In this document: positions 6,304-8,042 of the stretch, in pieces
How the letters are laid out: each line of letters starts with the position of its first letter
Numbering within the stretch: the first letter of the stretch is position 1
Source of the DNA: a virus
Lineage: Duplodnaviria > Heunggongvirae > Uroviricota > Caudoviricetes
Virus record (IMG/VR): IMGVR_UViG_2574180019_000005
DNA length: 8,042 nt
Reading direction: 5' to 3' (one strand)
Program-made: the position numbers and the translations under genes
Notes under the pieces: generated by a model
What the model was told of the DNA's origin: nothing
The model's database searches: none
What the model saw: the letters and a program-made list of their open reading frames with translations, nothing else

Positions 6304-6335
6304 AGGCCTGCAGGTAATCGCAGGCCTTTTTATTT
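6304..6335 (+). terminator. Intrinsic terminator between ren and ninB (tR2-like)
   Basis: 8-bp stem AGGCCTGC/GCAGGCCT (6304..6311 / 6320..6327), 8-nt loop, followed by TTTTTATTT. Confidence 0.7.
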
Positions 6336-6351
6336 GGGGGAGAGGGAAGTC

Positions 6352-6792
6352 ATGAAAAAACTAACCTTTGAAATTCGATCTCCGGCACATCAGCAAAACG
6401 CTATTCACGCAGTACAGCAAATCCTTCCAGACCCAACCAAACCAATCGTAGTAACCATTCAGGAACGCAACCGCAGCTTAGACCAAAACAGGAAGCTATG
6501 GGCCTGCTTAGGTGACGTCTCTCGTCAGGTTGAATGGCATGGTCGCTGGCTGGATGCAGAAAGCTGGAAGTGTGTGTTTACCGCAGCATTAAAGCAGCAG
6601 GATGTTGTTCCTAACCTTGCCGGGAATGGCTTTGTGGTAATAGGCCAGTCAACCAGCAGGATGCGTGTAAGCGAATTTGCGGAGCTATTAGAGCTTATAC
6701 AGGCATTCGGTACAGAGCGTGGCGTTAAGTGGTCAGACGAAGCGCGACTGGCTCTCGAATGGAAAGCGCGATGGGGAGATCGGGCTGCATGA
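6352..6792 (+). CDS. ninB: NinB (Orf) recombination mediator protein
   Basis: 146 aa, MKKLTFEIRSPAHQQNAIHAVQQILPDPTKPIVVTIQERNRSLDQNRKLWACLGD..., matches lambda NinB as recalled. Ribosome-binding site GAGGGAAG upstream of ATG 6352. Confidence 0.9.
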   Translation: MKKLTFEIRSPAHQQNAIHAVQQILPDPTKPIVVTIQERNRSLDQNRKLWACLGDVSRQVEWHGRWLDAESWKCVFTAALKQQDVVPNLAGNGFVVIGQSTSRMRVSEFAELLELIQAFGTERGVKWSDEARLALEWKARWGDRAA

Positions 6793-7316
6793 CTATCAAA
6801 TCAAATACGCCAGCACACGACAAGGACTGCTGGCAAACGCCGCTTTGGCTTTTTGATGCACTGGATATTGAGTTTGGATTCTGGCTGGATTCGGCAGCGA
6901 GCGACAAAAATGCTCTGTGCGCTCACTGGCTAACTGAGGACGACGACGCGCTCAATTCTGAGTGGGTAAGCCACGGTGCAATCTGGAATAACCCACCGTA
7001 CAGCAATATCAGGCCGTGGGTGGAAAAAGCCGCTGAGCAGTGTATACAACAGCGACAGACGGTAGTGATGCTTGTGCCAGAGGATATGTCTGTCGGATGG
7101 TTCAGCAAGGCTCTGGAGAGTGTTGACGAAGTTCGTATTATCACTGATGGACGGATTAATTTTATCGAACCATCGACAGGGCTGGAGAAGAAGGGAAACA
7201 GCAAAGGCTCCATGCTGCTGATTTGGCGACCGTTCATCAGTCCTCGACGGATGTTTACTACCGTATCCAAAGCGGCATTGATGGCGATCGGGCAGGGCGT
7301 CAGGAGGGCTGCATGA
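6789..7316 (+). CDS. Phage-type DNA N6-adenine methyltransferase
   Basis: 175 aa. Catalytic motif IV NPPY (WNNPPYSN), typical of amino-methyltransferases. ATG overlaps the ninB stop and the stop overlaps the ninE start. Sits where lambdoid prophages carry the small phage Dam-type methylase. Confidence 0.8.
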   Translation: MTIKSNTPAHDKDCWQTPLWLFDALDIEFGFWLDSAASDKNALCAHWLTEDDDALNSEWVSHGAIWNNPPYSNIRPWVEKAAEQCIQQRQTVVMLVPEDMSVGWFSKALESVDEVRIITDGRINFIEPSTGLEKKGNSKGSMLLIWRPFISPRRMFTTVSKAALMAIGQGVRRAA

Positions 7317-7489
7317 GACGACAGCGACGAAGCATCACCGACATAATCTGCGAAAACTGCAAATACCTTCCAACGAAACGCTCCAGAAATAAACGCAAGC
7401 TAATCCCAAAAGAATCTGACGTAAAAACCTTCAATTACACAGCCCACCTGTGGGATATCCGGTGGCTAAGATATCGTGCGAGGAAATGA
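7313..7489 (+). CDS. ninE: NinE protein
   Basis: 58 aa, [58 protein letters not shown], near-identical to lambda NinE as recalled. Confidence 0.85.
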   Translation: MRRQRRSITDIICENCKYLPTKRSRNKRKLIPKESDVKTFNYTAHLWDIRWLRYRARK

Positions 7490-7491
7490 CA

Positions 7492-7896
7492 ATGGATTAT
7501 TCACAGTTAAGTGATTTTGAAATTAACAGAATGGTAGGAGACATAATTTTTAAAGGCCTTTGGGCAAGTAAACCGGAAACATCAGGGAATAACACCAACA
7601 AATGGTATTACGGAAATGCTGATACAACTTTTGAGCCATTAAATCATTTGCCTGACTACTGCAATGATCCGAGCGCTTCATGGCCGATTATTGAGAAATA
7701 CAGGATTTCTATCTTAGACCAGTTAACTGAATGGTGTGTGGATGCAAAAGGCGTAAGCCCAATATTTGATACCAGACCTCTCCGCGCCGCCATGAAGTGG
7801 TTTACTGAATTTGGCCACCTGAACAGAGGTGATATGCTCACCTCAGAACAACACAGGTGCCATAATGAAAAAAAGAAATTTCAGCGCAGAGTTTAA
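7492..7896 (+). pseudogene. nin-region ORF of unknown function, interrupted by IS insertion at 7792/7793 (native part 7492..7792, tail read from IS DNA)
   Basis: ATG 7492 with GAGGA 7 nt upstream. The reading frame continues across the IS terminus TGAAGTGG at 7793, so the last 34 codons are IS-derived. Confidence 0.5.
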
Positions 7897-8042
7897 ACGC
7901 GAATCCGCTCAACTGGTCGTTGACCAGAATTACACCGTGGCAGATGCAGCCAGCGCTATGGATGTCGGCCTTTCCACAATGACGCGATGGGTGAAACAAT
8001 TACGTGATGAGCGGCAGGGAAAAACACCAAAAGCCTCCCCTA
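7793..8042 (+). mobile_element. IS3-family (IS911-like) insertion sequence, left-end fragment; IS body continues off the window to the right
   Basis: Terminus TGAAGTGGTTTACTGAATTTGGCCACC... followed by the orfA start. 7793..8041 is the exact inverted copy of 1..249. Confidence 0.8.
7865..8042 (+). CDS. IS911-like OrfA (transposase N-terminal HTH protein), partial; runs off window
   Basis: ATG 7865. [59 protein letters not shown]. Confidence 0.8.
   Translation, partial: MKKRNFSAEFKRESAQLVVDQNYTVADAASAMDVGLSTMTRWVKQLRDERQGKTPKASP

Noticed and set aside
6725-7270. Minus-strand ORFs 6725..6907 and 6923..7270
   Set aside because: Antisense to ninB and the methyltransferase gene.
7656-7841. 61-aa minus-strand ORF spanning the IS junction
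   Set aside because: Antisense to the truncated nin ORF and crosses the IS boundary; artefactual.

Overview
The window reads as a lambdoid prophage segment covering the immunity, replication and nin regions, bracketed by two inverted IS911-like insertion sequence ends. Gene order is: IS end | sieB-like (+) | N-like antiterminator (-) | nutL, pL/OL | terminator | two unrecognised genes (-) | cI (-) | OR | cro (+) | nutR | cII (+) with antisense oop | O (+) with ori iterons | P | ren | terminator | ninB | phage adenine methyltransferase | ninE | truncated ORF | IS end. O, P, ren, ninB, ninE, the cI C-terminal domain and the cII C-terminus match phage lambda from memory; the cI and cII N-terminal domains, cro, N and the operators do not, so this is an immunity hybrid. 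The main candidate for a new system is the AT-rich, translationally coupled two-gene cassette (1591..2897, minus strand) downstream of cI, in the slot lambda uses for rexAB; I recognise neither protein. All calls are from reading the sequence and recalled protein sequences; no database search was run.
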